A stretch of 64,000 nt of DNA from Ignavibacteriales bacterium (GCA_050260105.1 JBLNBR010000013.1:50129-114128), one strand, 5' to 3'; numbered from the stretch's first letter, positions 1 through 12,641 are shown. Numbers and translations are program-made. Notes: generated by a model not told the origin, from the sequence alone.

Positions 1-92
1 ACTGCCGCGATGTCCACCCCATACAGCTCGTTTGCGATTCCGAAGACTACAAGCTGGTGCTCCTCGACGTTCTTCCTCACTTCGTCCGACAT
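1..92 (-). CDS. cheW: CheW-like chemotaxis coupling protein, N-terminal fragment (gene continues past the window start)
   Basis: Minus strand has a GGGGGG RBS then ATG at 92..90, reading MSDEVRKNVEEHQLVVFGIANELYGVDIAA, which resembles the CheW N-terminus (QxLvF..EyGidI). Truncated by the window edge. Confidence 0.45.
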   Translation of the reverse strand, partial: MSDEVRKNVEEHQLVVFGIANELYGVDIAA

Positions 93-253
93 ATTTGATC
101 CCCCCGATTCCAGCGTTTGATGACACACTGTCAAGTCTAAATATCGGTCGACGAGGGCAAAAAGTTAATGGCGAGAGGGATGGCGAGAGAGAAGGTGAGA
201 GGCCCCGGGGATAGAAACCCTGGAATCACCGGGAGAGTCGGAAGTATTCCCTG

Positions 254-1681
254 GTGGGTGGTGAAAGGGTGGACGTAGGCGCCGTTGCACGTGTTCCGGG
301 TTTCGTGTCGTCAATCCTGGACCTGATGGTGGGGGCCGGACACGAGTGCTACATCGTAGGGGGCGCCGCCAGGGCCATGCTGCTCGCGCAACACCCCGGC
401 GACTGGGATGTCGCCACGTCCGCCGTGCCGGCGGAGATCAGGAAGGCTCTCAAGGGGATCAGGCTCATCCGCAAGGGTGAGCGCCACGGGACCATCGGAG
501 TGGAGCACGAAGGCGTGACAGTGGAATTCACCACGTTCAGGGCGGAAACCGAATACAGTGACGGCAGGCGGCCCGATAGCGTCAGGTTTGTGAGCGACAT
601 CCGCGACGACCTGTCCCGGCGCGACTTCACGGTCAACGCGATAGCCCTCCGCTGGCCCGATTTCGCCGTTGTGGACCCATTCGGCGGCGCCCGGGATCTG
701 CGCAGGGGCCTTCTCAAAAGCGTCGGCGACGCCACTGAACGATTCAGCGAGGACGCTCTGAGGATGATGAGGGCCGTCCGTTTCGAGTCGGAACACGGGT
801 GGACCATCGAGAGGCGTACACGCTCAGCGATTGCCGCTAACGCGGGACGGCTGGATGGGATATCCAGGGAGCGGGTGAGGGACGAATTGAGCCGCCTCCT
901 GATTGGGGAGGATGTGGCCGCAGCGCTTCGCGATATGATCGCGCTCGGATTGATGGCCCGCGTCATCCCCGAATTCGAGGAGTCCATCGGCTATCCGGCC
1001 GGATCGCCTGCGGGCACCCTGGACGGACACGCGATCATGGCGACGGCGGCGGTGAGACCATCCCTGCACCTCAGACTCGCCGCGCTGCTGCACGACATCG
1101 CGAAGCCCCGGTGCTTCTCCGTGGACGAGAACGGGGAAGGGCATTTCTACGGGCACGATTCCGCGGGGGCCGAGATGGCCGGGGTCATTCTTCGGCGGCT
1201 CAAGTACCCGGGCGCGGTGAGGAGCAGGGTTCAGGTACTCATCAGGGAGCACATGTTCTTCTACCATCCGGCCGTCTCAGACGCGGGATTGAGGCGACTC
1301 GTCGGGAGGGTAGGGGAGGAGAACGTGTTTGACCTCCTCGAGATGAGGAGGGCTGACGCAGCCGCCTGGGGAGCGCCCCCCGGTCCCTTCCTCAGCCAGG
1401 TTGAATACAGGATCCGGAGCATTCTCGAGAGCCGGGAGGCCGTAAGCGGATCGGGCCTCGCGGTCGACGGCCGCGACGTGATGGAGGTGCTGGGCACCGG
1501 TCCCGGCCCCCTCGTGGGGAAGGTACTCCAACAGCTCCTTGACGCGGTGATGGATGACCCCACGCTCAACGAAAGGACGAAGCTGAGGGCCCTCATCGCC
1601 TCGATGGGGGCCCGGACCGGCGGGGGGAATGAGACTGGACCGGTGACCGGGCCCACGCCGGCGCCTGGAACAAGGGACTGA
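254..1681 (+). CDS. cca: CCA tRNA nucleotidyltransferase / poly(A) polymerase family with HD domain
   Basis: 475-aa ORF with GTG start. N-terminal nucleotidyltransferase motif GGAARAMLL..GDWDVATSA, RDFTVNAIA, and an HD region (LLHDIAK). Confidence 0.8.
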   Translation: MGGERVDVGAVARVPGFVSSILDLMVGAGHECYIVGGAARAMLLAQHPGDWDVATSAVPAEIRKALKGIRLIRKGERHGTIGVEHEGVTVEFTTFRAETEYSDGRRPDSVRFVSDIRDDLSRRDFTVNAIALRWPDFAVVDPFGGARDLRRGLLKSVGDATERFSEDALRMMRAVRFESEHGWTIERRTRSAIAANAGRLDGISRERVRDELSRLLIGEDVAAALRDMIALGLMARVIPEFEESIGYPAGSPAGTLDGHAIMATAAVRPSLHLRLAALLHDIAKPRCFSVDENGEGHFYGHDSAGAEMAGVILRRLKYPGAVRSRVQVLIREHMFFYHPAVSDAGLRRLVGRVGEENVFDLLEMRRADAAAWGAPPGPFLSQVEYRIRSILESREAVSGSGLAVDGRDVMEVLGTGPGPLVGKVLQQLLDAVMDDPTLNERTKLRALIASMGARTGGGNETGPVTGPTPAPGTRD

Positions 1682-4109
<2,428 letters not shown>

Positions 4110-4195
4110 ATATCCTGAGATAGGATGGGAATGTAGCACAATAGTCATGTAGTAGATGGAACGAGAGCGTCAAGCGCACATTACCGGTAGAGATA

Positions 4196-4236
4196 CGGGG
4201 GACATCGCAGAGCAATGCGGTGTCCCCTTGTTTTAT
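4196..4236 (+). terminator. Intrinsic terminator downstream of guaB
   Basis: GGGGACATCGCA..TGCGGTGTCCCC, a stem of about 12 bp, followed by TTGTTTTAT. Confidence 0.6.
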
Positions 4237-4333
4237 GGTAAAATTTTGTCGAATCGTCACGATATACAGAAATAGATGTCGAATCTTGCGGTTGGCACAT
4301 TGGGGGCTCCATTGGGAGAACAAGATTGGGGGG

Positions 4334-6199
4334 GTGTTTGCGTTGAAGAGGAAGGGTCGTTCCATTTCGCTTGGAGTCAAGCTTGTCGGATTAATGGTTG
4401 CCTTCACTGTGATTCCCACCGTGGCTGTGGCCTTACTCTCCATCCGTTCTGTCAACAGTGAGCTATTGAAGATGATCGAGAAGGACCTCACTTCGCAGAT
4501 AGAGATGGCCGTAGCCCTGGTGGAAACACAGCAGGCGCAGGTTGAGGCGGGAGTGGTTTCCCTCGCGGAAGCCCAGGCCAGGGTCAAGGAAGCCCTTAAG
4601 CCCCTCAAAGTGGGGGAAACCGGGTACTTCTACGCACTGGACGACGACGGTCGCCTCACCTGCCATCCTGCCCAAGAGGGTAAGGATCTATCGGCGGAAG
4701 GGTTCATCCAGCAGATGTTGAAGCAGCGGAACGGGTACATCCGCTACGCCTGGATCAACAAGGAACTCGGCGAAACGAAGGCCCGCGACAAGGTGGTCGC
4801 ATTCAGGGAGTTCAAGAGGTGGGGTTGGCTCCTGGCTGCAGGCAGCTACCTGGACGAATTCCAGGGTCTCGCCAAGGCCGTCCAGAACACGACCCTGGTG
4901 ACCGGCGTCGTGGCGAGCGTGGTGGCCATACTGGTGGGCGTTTTCGCCGTGCAGGCAATCACGAAGCCCATCTCCAGGCTGTCGGCCATCGCGGCCCAGG
5001 TGGCTTCCGGTGATCTTACTGCAGAGGTCCCGCAGGTGAAAACGCGGGACGAGGTGGAGACGCTCAGGAATTCGTTTGCCGAGATGGTTGGGTCGTTGCG
5101 GGGTGTCATTGGCGACATCTCCAGGGTTTCGGAAGAGGTGTCGTCCAGCAGCGAAGAGATGTCCGCGACGGCTGAAGAATCATCGAACGCCATTCAGCAG
5201 GTGGCGAAGGCCGCCCAGGACGCTGCGCGCACCGCTGAGGCGCAGGCAAGAGAGGTTGGCGGCGCTACCGAGGCCATGAAAGGGCTGAAAGAGGCGCTCA
5301 CGCAGATTGCCAAGGGCAGCCAGGATCAGGCGCGTGTGACTCACGAGACATCCGGCGCGGTTAAGGAGATCGTCCAGGCGATCCAGGGTATATCGGGTTC
5401 GGCGGGATCGCTCGCGAGCGCCTCGGAGGAAACGAGGAAGAGCGCGGACAGTGGGCGGGACGCCGTGAGCCAGACGGTCGATGGCATCAAGCAGATCGGG
5501 GAAGTCGCGTCGAAGATCAACGACTCCATCGCCGTGCTCGCGGCCAGGTCGGACAAGATAGGCGAGATCGTCGGGGTAATCGACGAGATAGCCAATCAGA
5601 CGAATCTCCTGGCGCTGAATGCTGCGATCGAGGCTGCGCGGGCCGGCGACCATGGCAAGGGATTCGCGGTCGTGGCTGATGAGGTGCGAAAACTTGCCGA
5701 GAGGTCTGCCAAGTCCACGAAGGAGATATCGGAGCTCATCAGCGAGATACAGCGGGGGACGACCGCGAGCGTCAACGCCATAGATGAAGGGACGAAGGCG
5801 GTCCAGAAAGGCGTCGAATTGGGGGCGTTCGCGACCAGGGCGATCCAGGTGATACTCGACCTTGCGGAATCCACCGACGAAAACGTGAGGTCCATCGTTA
5901 CGGCAATCAACCAGGTATCGGCTTCGAGCGATCAGGTAGAGAAGGCCGTCGAGCAGATCGCATCCACGGCCGAGGAGAGTACGGCTGCCACCGAAGAGGT
6001 GACGGCGTCCGCCAAACAGGTGGAGGAACTCCTGCAATCCGTGGGCGCGGCGGCCGGAACCGCTTCGGCGGGGGCCGAGGAAATCTCGGCGTCCAGCGAG
6101 GAACTGGGGGCCTCTTCGGAGGAGATGGCGAGTTCCGCCCAATCGCTGGCCAAGATGGCTCAGGGGTTGAAGGCGCTGGTCGACCGCTTCAAGGTCTAG
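4334..6199 (+). CDS. Methyl-accepting chemotaxis protein with periplasmic single-Cache (sCache_2-like) sensor and HAMP domain
   Basis: GTG start after a GGGGGGG RBS. TM helix, a sensor region with the [15 protein letters not shown] motif, a second TM, HAMP, and the MCP signalling domain ([34 protein letters not shown]). Confidence 0.85.
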   Translation: MFALKRKGRSISLGVKLVGLMVAFTVIPTVAVALLSIRSVNSELLKMIEKDLTSQIEMAVALVETQQAQVEAGVVSLAEAQARVKEALKPLKVGETGYFYALDDDGRLTCHPAQEGKDLSAEGFIQQMLKQRNGYIRYAWINKELGETKARDKVVAFREFKRWGWLLAAGSYLDEFQGLAKAVQNTTLVTGVVASVVAILVGVFAVQAITKPISRLSAIAAQVASGDLTAEVPQVKTRDEVETLRNSFAEMVGSLRGVIGDISRVSEEVSSSSEEMSATAEESSNAIQQVAKAAQDAARTAEAQAREVGGATEAMKGLKEALTQIAKGSQDQARVTHETSGAVKEIVQAIQGISGSAGSLASASEETRKSADSGRDAVSQTVDGIKQIGEVASKINDSIAVLAARSDKIGEIVGVIDEIANQTNLLALNAAIEAARAGDHGKGFAVVADEVRKLAERSAKSTKEISELISEIQRGTTASVNAIDEGTKAVQKGVELGAFATRAIQVILDLAESTDENVRSIVTAINQVSASSDQVEKAVEQIASTAEESTAATEEVTASAKQVEELLQSVGAAAGTASAGAEEISASSEELGASSEEMASSAQSLAKMAQGLKALVDRFKV

Positions 6200-6221
6200 C
6201 CTGGATAGGCACAGGGGTTAT

Positions 6222-6250
6222 GGGGAGCGTGCAGGGATGCGCGCTCCCTC
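6222..6250. terminator. GC-rich hairpin between convergent chemoreceptor genes (weak or absent U-tract)
   Basis: GGGAGCG..CGCTCCC stem in the 90-bp gap between convergent ORFs ending at 6199 and 6289. There is no clear T-run, so this is tentative. Confidence 0.3.
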
Positions 6251-6288
6251 CTCGTTCCCCGTCACTACGGCCTGCTGATCGATATTGC

Positions 6289-7161
6289 CTATGATACGCC
6301 CTCGTCGCCCTCATCGCTGCCCAACAGCGGTTTGAGGGTCCTCTCTATCTCGCCGATGTGTCCCACGAGTCTCTCTATCGCCGCCGATTGTGCGGCGACT
6401 GTCGTTGAAGTCTGATTGACGCCGGAGACGATTTCCTTTATCCCCTGTTGGAACTGCTGCAACATGGAGTCGATTCTATCCACCGAGGACTTGCTGTTCT
6501 CTGCTAGTTTGCGTATCTCGGAAGCCACGACGGCGAAACCCGCGCCGGCGGCCCCGGCATGGGCCGCTTCGATGGAAGCGTTGAGCCCGAGGAGGTTGAT
6601 GCGCGCCGTGATCTGAGCGATGAATTCCAGGATGCCGGCGGTGTTCTTGACGTCGTCAGCAATAGACTCAGATCTCCGGACCAGGGACGCCAGCGTCGAG
6701 GACAACTCCCTTGCGGCCTCAAGCCCCTCGGATGCGGCCTCCATCGCGCTTCTTACCGCCCTGGCGACTTCGTCGCAGACGTATTGCCGCTGAGCGTGCG
6801 TCGCCAGCTCAGCCTCCACGAATCTGGCGGCGATGCGCGCCAGCGGCTTCATCATCACCGGATCACCGGTAATCCCGATTGACCCCAGGCGTCTACCATC
6901 GTAATCGATTGGGCAGTTGTAACCCGCCTTGATGAGTGGATTCTTCGCGGCGTCCTCCAGGGTGACCTCGGCTTCATCGATCTCGCGCCTGACTATCCTG
7001 GTCGCGAATGCATGAGGGTTCCCGATCCTTTCTCGAACAGTGGCCCCGATTATGACGCCCGTATGATCGCACACAATCACCGGATACCCCGTCGCGTTGG
7101 TGACCATGTCCACGATGGTGGCGGCCAACGCTGAGTCCAGCGTCACTGCCGTCTCTCCCAT
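6289..7161 (-). CDS. Soluble chemoreceptor: CdaR-type sugar-diacid recognition (Diacid_rec) domain fused to an MCP signalling domain
   Basis: Start refined to the ATG at 7161 (MGETAVTLD...), preceded by a GGGGGGGG RBS. The N-terminal YPVIVCDHTGVIIGATVRERIGNPHAFA and GYNCPIDYDGRRLGSIGITGDP align with the E. coli CdaR Diacid_rec motifs (INVMDARGRIIGSGDRERIG / GINLPLRLEGEIVGVIGLTGEP). The C-terminal LLGLNASIEAAHAGAAGAGFAVVASEIRKLAENS is the MCP signal domain. No TM segments. Confidence 0.7.
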   Translation of the reverse strand: MGETAVTLDSALAATIVDMVTNATGYPVIVCDHTGVIIGATVRERIGNPHAFATRIVRREIDEAEVTLEDAAKNPLIKAGYNCPIDYDGRRLGSIGITGDPVMMKPLARIAARFVEAELATHAQRQYVCDEVARAVRSAMEAASEGLEAARELSSTLASLVRRSESIADDVKNTAGILEFIAQITARINLLGLNASIEAAHAGAAGAGFAVVASEIRKLAENSKSSVDRIDSMLQQFQQGIKEIVSGVNQTSTTVAAQSAAIERLVGHIGEIERTLKPLLGSDEGDEGVS

Positions 7162-7299
7162 ACCCGCGTAACCCCCCCCACTGCAAGCCGTAGTTGTGTG
7201 AGAGCCGGTGCTGAGCGGTCTCGCGTCGACCTTCGACAATATTCGGAATAGTCCTGCACGCCATCGAGTTGGACCGCGGGACAGCGTACCCAACAGAGA

Positions 7300-8643
7300 T
7301 TACAGCGTAGCGTTTATCTCCGCTATGCATTCCTGCATCACATCGAGCGCCTCGGTCAGCTGATCGTTGGTAATAACGAGGGGAGCGAGCATGCGAATCA
7401 CGTTCCCGTTGACGCCTGATTTGAGCGCGAGTACCCCGTTCTTGAACATGGCCTCCTTTATCATTGCGGTTTCCCTGGTCGCCGGTTCCTTCGTCTTCCT
7501 GTCGCGCACGAACTCGATTCCGCACATTGCGCCCAGGCCGCGGACGTCGCCGACGATCTCGAAGTCCTTCTTCCACTGGGTGAACCTCTCCATGATGATC
7601 TTGCCCTGCGCCTCTGCCTTTGCGCACAGTTCCTGCTGCTGGACCACGTCGATGACCTTCAGCGCCGCGACGCAGCCGATCGGGTTACCGACGAATGTGC
7701 CGCCGATTGCGCTGTCGTGCGGCGCGTCCATCACCTCTGCCCGGCCGATCACGCCGCTGATCGGGATGCCTCCCGCCATCGACTTCGCCACGGTGACGAG
7801 GTCGGCCGTTATCCCGTAGTGTTCGTGTGCGAAGAACTTGCCGGTCCTGCCTATGCCGGTCTGCACCTCGTCAATTATCAGCAGGATCCCGTGCTTGTCG
7901 CAGATTTCGCGGACCCGCTGGTAGAATTCTTTCGGCGGGACAACGAACCCGCCCTCACCGAGTACGGGTTCGCCAACGACGGCGGCGGTGTTCGTCGGCT
8001 CCACCATGGTTACGAACGCCCGCTCGAGCCATTTCGCGCAGGCGATGTCGCAGGACGGGTATTCCAGGTTGACCGGGCACCGGTAGCAGTAAGCGAACGG
8101 CACGCGGTAGACCTCGGGCGCGAACGGCCCCATGTTGTGTTTATATGGCATTATCTTGCTGGTGAGGGACATTGCCATGAGGGTCCTGCCGTGAAAGGCG
8201 CCCTCGAACGCGATGAACGCCCTTCTACCTGTGTAGCATTTGGCGATTTTGCAGGCATTCTCCACGGCCTCGGCGCCCGAGTTGAAGAACGTCGCCTTCT
8301 TGGGGTAGTCGCCCGGCAAGAGACTCGACAGGCGCTCCGCGAGCTCGATGAACGACGGGTAGGGCACGACTGTGAAGTCGGTATGGAAGAAACGCTCGAC
8401 CTGTTCCTTCACAGCGTTGACGACTTCGGGCTGGCAGTGGCCCACGTTCAGGCAACCGATGCCGCCGGCCAGGTCGATGAACTCGTTTCCGTCCACGTCC
8501 GTCAGTATGGCGCCCTGAGCCTTCTGGATCATAATGGGGACATTGAGCGAATAGGCGCGGCACACCGCTTTCTCCTTCCTCTCCACCCAAGAACGCGACC
8601 CGGGTCCCGGGACCTCCGTCTTCAAGCTGACCCACTTCCTCAT
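7300..8643 (-). CDS. gabT: Class III (PLP-dependent) aminotransferase, 4-aminobutyrate aminotransferase-like
   Basis: ATG at 8643 (MRKWVSLK) with a GAGGAGGA RBS. FNSGAEAVENACKIA, DEVQTGIGRTGKFFA and TVAKSMAGG (PLP-binding lysine) motifs. Substrate specificity is not certain. Confidence 0.7.
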   Translation of the reverse strand: MRKWVSLKTEVPGPGSRSWVERKEKAVCRAYSLNVPIMIQKAQGAILTDVDGNEFIDLAGGIGCLNVGHCQPEVVNAVKEQVERFFHTDFTVVPYPSFIELAERLSSLLPGDYPKKATFFNSGAEAVENACKIAKCYTGRRAFIAFEGAFHGRTLMAMSLTSKIMPYKHNMGPFAPEVYRVPFAYCYRCPVNLEYPSCDIACAKWLERAFVTMVEPTNTAAVVGEPVLGEGGFVVPPKEFYQRVREICDKHGILLIIDEVQTGIGRTGKFFAHEHYGITADLVTVAKSMAGGIPISGVIGRAEVMDAPHDSAIGGTFVGNPIGCVAALKVIDVVQQQELCAKAEAQGKIIMERFTQWKKDFEIVGDVRGLGAMCGIEFVRDRKTKEPATRETAMIKEAMFKNGVLALKSGVNGNVIRMLAPLVITNDQLTEALDVMQECIAEINATL

Positions 8644-8829
8644 AGGCTGCTCCTCCTCTCTGAATCCGTTGCCTGAGTCACCCATCTCATATATTCACTG
8701 TCTGTGCCAGAGATTCGTTCAGTTGGCTGCGTGTCCTGCAGGGAACTGGGCCGCGGAAGGCGTAGTAACGCAGCGTCCCGGTCCACGATCGGTCACATCG
8801 CCAAGGCTTGGAGAAAAAGGGGGAGTACG

Positions 8830-9684
8830 ATGGAGGTCCAAACCATTCTCGTTATCGGATCCGGCCAGATGGGTTCGGGGATCGCCCAGGTTGCCGCGCA
8901 GTCGGGTTTCAGCGTTCTCCTGAACGATGTCTCCCGGCAGTTCGTGGATAGGGGACTCAAGGGGATCGAGAAGAACCTTTCCCGGAGTGTGGAAAAGGGC
9001 AAGATCGCTCCGGAAGTCAAGGATGCGACGCTCGGGCGGATCAAGCCTGACCTCGACCTGGAATCCGCCGGCGGGGCCGATCTGGTGATCGAGGCCATCG
9101 TCGAGAACCTGGATGCCAAGAAGGAACTATTCGGACGCCTGGACCGGATATGTGGTCCATCCACGGTGCTCGCGAGCAACACCTCTTCGATATCCATCAC
9201 GGAACTGGGAGCGGTGACAAGCAGGCCCGGCAAGCTCATTGGAATGCATTTCTTCAATCCCGTTCCCGTGATGAAGCTGGTGGAGTTGATCAGGGGGATC
9301 GCTACCTCGGATGAGACCTTCGAGACTGCCAGGTCGGTCGCCCTCAAGATGGAGAAGACCCCCGTCGCGGTGCAGGATTCTCCAGGGTTCGCCGGCAACA
9401 GGATGTTGCTGCCCATGATCAACGAGGCGTTCTATTGCCTCATGGAGGGCGTCGCGTCGGCGGAGGATCTCGATACGGTAATGAAGCTGGGCATGAACCA
9501 CCCGATTGGCCCGCTCGCCCTAGCGGACCTCATAGGCCTGGACACGTGTCTCTCTATTATGGAGGTTCTGTACGACGGGTTTGGGGATCCGAAGTACCGC
9601 CCGTGCCCCCTGCTGAGAAAGATGGTCAAGGCGGGCTACCTCGGCAGGAAGACCGGCCGTGGCGTATTCACGTATCAGCAGTGA
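8830..9684 (+). CDS. hbd: 3-hydroxyacyl-CoA (3-hydroxybutyryl-CoA) dehydrogenase
   Basis: ATG at MEVQTILVIGSGQMGSGIAQV (Rossmann motif) after an AAAGGGGGAG RBS. Full-length Hbd-like similarity. Confidence 0.8.
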   Translation: MEVQTILVIGSGQMGSGIAQVAAQSGFSVLLNDVSRQFVDRGLKGIEKNLSRSVEKGKIAPEVKDATLGRIKPDLDLESAGGADLVIEAIVENLDAKKELFGRLDRICGPSTVLASNTSSISITELGAVTSRPGKLIGMHFFNPVPVMKLVELIRGIATSDETFETARSVALKMEKTPVAVQDSPGFAGNRMLLPMINEAFYCLMEGVASAEDLDTVMKLGMNHPIGPLALADLIGLDTCLSIMEVLYDGFGDPKYRPCPLLRKMVKAGYLGRKTGRGVFTYQQ

Positions 9685-9714
9685 CTCCTACGCATTGGTC
9701 CTGGAGGGAGCGCA

Positions 9715-10491
9715 ATGCAGTACATAAGGATTGAGAAGGAAAACGGCGTCGGGGTGCTCACGATAGACCGCCAGCAGGCCTTGAACGCATTGAACGCACA
9801 GGTGCTGGAGGAACTGTCGGCCGTACTCGACTCGGTTGCGACCGATCCGGACATCAAGGTACTGGTGATCACCGGCGCCGGTGAGAAAGCGTTCGTGGCG
9901 GGCGCGGATATCGCGGTGATGCAGCCCATGTCCGTGCTCGAAGGGCGCGAATGGGCGCTCTTAGGCCAGCGCGTTTTCAGTAAGATAGAGAACCTGCCCC
10001 AACCGGTCATCGCGGCCGTTAACGGATACGCCCTGGGTGGCGGGTGCGAACTGGCCCTTGCCTGCGACATCCGCATAGCCTCGGATAGGGCCAAGATGGG
10101 ACAGCCCGAGGTGACCCTCGGGATCACGACCGGGTACGCCGGTTCCCAGAGACTACCGAGGCTGGTTGGGCCTGCCTGGGCGAAGCAACTGATACTGACC
10201 GGGGATGTCATAGACGCGGGGACCGCGGAGAGAATCGGCCTCGTGAACATGGTCGTCCCCGCCGCGGAACTCATGTCGAGGGCAAAGGAGACCGCGTCCC
10301 GGATCGCCTCGCGCGGTCAGATAGCGGTCCGTCTCGCCAAGTCCGCGGTTAACAGGGCGATGGACAGCGACATGGTCACGGGATCGCTGTACGAGGCGGA
10401 GGTTTTCGGCGAATGCTTCGCCACGTCCGATCAAAAGGAGGGCATGAAGGCCTTCCTCGAGAAAAGGAAGCCGTCATTCACCGGGAAATAG
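9715..10491 (+). CDS. crt: Enoyl-CoA hydratase (crotonase family)
   Basis: 258 aa. VLVITGAGEKAFVAGADI and GYALGGGCELALACD crotonase motifs. Confidence 0.8.
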   Translation: MQYIRIEKENGVGVLTIDRQQALNALNAQVLEELSAVLDSVATDPDIKVLVITGAGEKAFVAGADIAVMQPMSVLEGREWALLGQRVFSKIENLPQPVIAAVNGYALGGGCELALACDIRIASDRAKMGQPEVTLGITTGYAGSQRLPRLVGPAWAKQLILTGDVIDAGTAERIGLVNMVVPAAELMSRAKETASRIASRGQIAVRLAKSAVNRAMDSDMVTGSLYEAEVFGECFATSDQKEGMKAFLEKRKPSFTGK

Positions 10492-10565
10492 ACACTCCGC
10501 TTGCGGACCCCCGCCGGCCGGTCAAGCCTACGCGAGGGGGCCTTTGTCGTGCCGGCCATGCCGCC

Positions 10566-11084
10566 TCAATACCGGCTCATCAGCATCGCGCCGATCTGCT
10601 CGAGTATCCGCTGGTAGTAACGTATCAGGGAAGAGAAGTGCCTGGTGATGAGCTGCACGACGGAGTTGTCCGGGTTTGCCTGGGCCAGTAGCGCGAGCAG
10701 TTCCAGCAGCCTGGTGTTGGCGGTCATTGAGCGGTTGACCAGGAGCCCGAGTTCCCCGGTGACGGGATCGAGCGAGCCGAACGTACCCCAGTTCTCGCGC
10801 AGCAGCCCCGCTCGTGCTCCTATGTCAGTGTACTCGTCCTCCAGCCGCTGGAGTTCCGCGACTGTCGCTTCGTCGAGACCCGGTACGAGCGCTCGCAGGG
10901 CGATGGTCTGCTCGGCCGCGATCTGTGACCAGAACTGGATCTCCTGGAGGGCGCACCCCAGGAATGCGGGGAGCGGCTGCGGCGCCGGCGGGCATACGGG
11001 CGGATACGGTGGGCACACGGGGGGGTATGGCGAGACCGGCGGGCACGCGGACAGCCACACTGGCCCATATTGTGGTTGAGACAT
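10566..11084 (-). CDS. Hypothetical protein with N-terminal Cys/Pro-rich heptad repeats and a DUF2935-like (hemerythrin-like?) C-terminal domain
   Basis: 172-aa ORF. N-terminus CPPVSPYPPVCPPYPPVCPPAPQP is encoded by about 3 imperfect 21-nt DNA repeats. C-terminal QFWSQIAAEQTIALRAL... The family assignment is from memory and tentative. Confidence 0.45.
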   Translation of the reverse strand: MSQPQYGPVWLSACPPVSPYPPVCPPYPPVCPPAPQPLPAFLGCALQEIQFWSQIAAEQTIALRALVPGLDEATVAELQRLEDEYTDIGARAGLLRENWGTFGSLDPVTGELGLLVNRSMTANTRLLELLALLAQANPDNSVVQLITRHFSSLIRYYQRILEQIGAMLMSRY

Positions 11085-11166
11085 AATAATCCCTCCGTAT
11101 TGGCACGCAGTTCATTCGTGCTCCCTCACAGTATATGAGGCACGGAGGGTTGAGGTTAACGGAAAT

Positions 11167-11871
11167 CTAGCGGTTCAGATCTACCCTGCTGCCGGTCACC
11201 GCGTACACTATCCACTCCCCGAGGTTGGTGGCGTGGTCGCCGATCCTCTCCAGGTGCGAGGCCACGAAAAGCAGGTGAGTGGCCTGGCTAATCGTCCTGG
11301 GGTCCTCCATCATGTAGACCAACAGCTCCCGAAACACCTGGTTGTAGAGGTGATCGACCTCGTGATCCTCCTCCGCCAGGTTACGCGCGAGAACGACGTC
11401 CCGCGAAACATAGGCTGTGAGGGCGCTCCTGACCATGGACTTCGTGATTTCCGCCATCCGTGGGATGTCGATGAGGGGTTTCACGAGCGGCTGATCGTGG
11501 ATGCGGATGGTTACCTTGGCGATGTCCACTGCGTGGTCGGCCATGCGTTCCAGATCGGTTACGATCTTCATCGCGGTGCCGATCGTACGCAGGTCCCTCG
11601 CGATTGGCTGCTGCAGGGCGAGCAGGGCGAGGCACTTGTTCTCGATCTCCATCTGAAGGTCATCGGCAACATCGTCTTCACGGACTACCTTCTCGGCCAG
11701 GTCCGGATCCCTATCTGCAAGGGACTTGACGGCGTCATGGATTGCCTGTTCCACCAGGGTCCCCATCTTGAGGATGTCGTTCTGGAGGTTCTCCAGTTCG
11801 GTCTCAAATGTCGTCCGCGGCACCCGGTGATCCCTCCCCTCTTTGATTTGCCCCGCCGGCCCCATTATCAA
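11167..11871 (-). CDS. phoU: Phosphate transport system regulator PhoU
   Basis: Two PhoU repeats (DxxxD motifs: [30 protein letters not shown]). Last gene of the pst operon. The start may be the ATG two codons in (11865). Confidence 0.85.
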   Translation of the reverse strand: MIMGPAGQIKEGRDHRVPRTTFETELENLQNDILKMGTLVEQAIHDAVKSLADRDPDLAEKVVREDDVADDLQMEIENKCLALLALQQPIARDLRTIGTAMKIVTDLERMADHAVDIAKVTIRIHDQPLVKPLIDIPRMAEITKSMVRSALTAYVSRDVVLARNLAEEDHEVDHLYNQVFRELLVYMMEDPRTISQATHLLFVASHLERIGDHATNLGEWIVYAVTGSRVDLNR

Positions 11872-12641
11872 CCGAAGCGCCCGGTGATATAGTCCTCGGT
11901 ACGCCGGTCCTCCGGATTCGTGAACACCTTGCCGGTGGGCCCGGCTTCAATCATCGCACCGTTCAGGAAGAACGAGGTGTAGTCGGATACTCGTCCTGCC
12001 TGCTGCATGTTGTGTGTAACGATCACTATCGTGTATCTATTTTTCAACTCGGCTATGAGTTCCTCGATCTTTCCCGTTGAAACCGGGTCAAGGGCGGACG
12101 CAGGCTCATCCATGAGTAGTACTTCTGGCTCGACGGCCAGAACCCTTGCGATGATCAGCCGTTGTTGTTGGCCCCCCGAAAGACCGAGGGCGCTCCGCCT
12201 CAGTCTGTCCTTCACCTCATCCCACAAGGCCGCCGCTTTCAGGCTTTCCTCCACGATCATATCCAACGTCTCGCGTTCATTTATCCCGTGAATTCGCGGA
12301 CCGTATGCGACGTTGTCGTAGACGCTCATCGGGAACGGGTTGGGCTTCTGGAATACCATCCCGACCCGCTTTCTGAGAAGCGTGACGTCGGTCTTTGAAT
12401 CATAGATATCCTGCCCATCCACGGTCACCAGCCCCTCTATGGTCGCGGAGGGGATCAAGTCGTTCAGCCTGTTGAGCGCGCGGAGGAAGGTGGACTTTCC
12501 GCAGCCCGACGGGCCGATGAGCGACGTTACCCTGCGAGCGGGGATGTCCAAGTCTATGCCGTTCAGCGCAGGAACATCACCATATCTCACGACCAGTCCC
12601 CTGGTGCTTACCTTGAATTCCGTGTCGCGAGCAACAGTCAT
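11868..12641 (-). CDS. pstB: Phosphate ABC transporter ATP-binding protein PstB
   Basis: Start refined to ATG ([11 protein letters not shown]) with a GGGGAGGG RBS. Walker [10 protein letters not shown], signature LSGGQQQR, Walker B LLMDEP. Confidence 0.9.
   Translation of the reverse strand: MTVARDTEFKVSTRGLVVRYGDVPALNGIDLDIPARRVTSLIGPSGCGKSTFLRALNRLNDLIPSATIEGLVTVDGQDIYDSKTDVTLLRKRVGMVFQKPNPFPMSVYDNVAYGPRIHGINERETLDMIVEESLKAAALWDEVKDRLRRSALGLSGGQQQRLIIARVLAVEPEVLLMDEPASALDPVSTGKIEELIAELKNRYTIVIVTHNMQQAGRVSDYTSFFLNGAMIEAGPTGKVFTNPEDRRTEDYITGRFG

Noticed and set aside
311-1656. Multiple long antisense or alternate-frame ORFs inside cca (for example 311..796-, 349..987-, 824..1267-, 1261..1656-), and similar ORFs inside nearly every large gene (for example 5180..6142-, 27502..28626-, 29845..32514-, 42382..44100-, 44856..46523-, 52261..54180-)
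   Set aside because: In 65-68% GC DNA, stop codons are rare in all frames. These ORFs have Arg/Pro/Gly-rich low-complexity translations with no RBS and no domain signatures, and they overlap well-supported genes.
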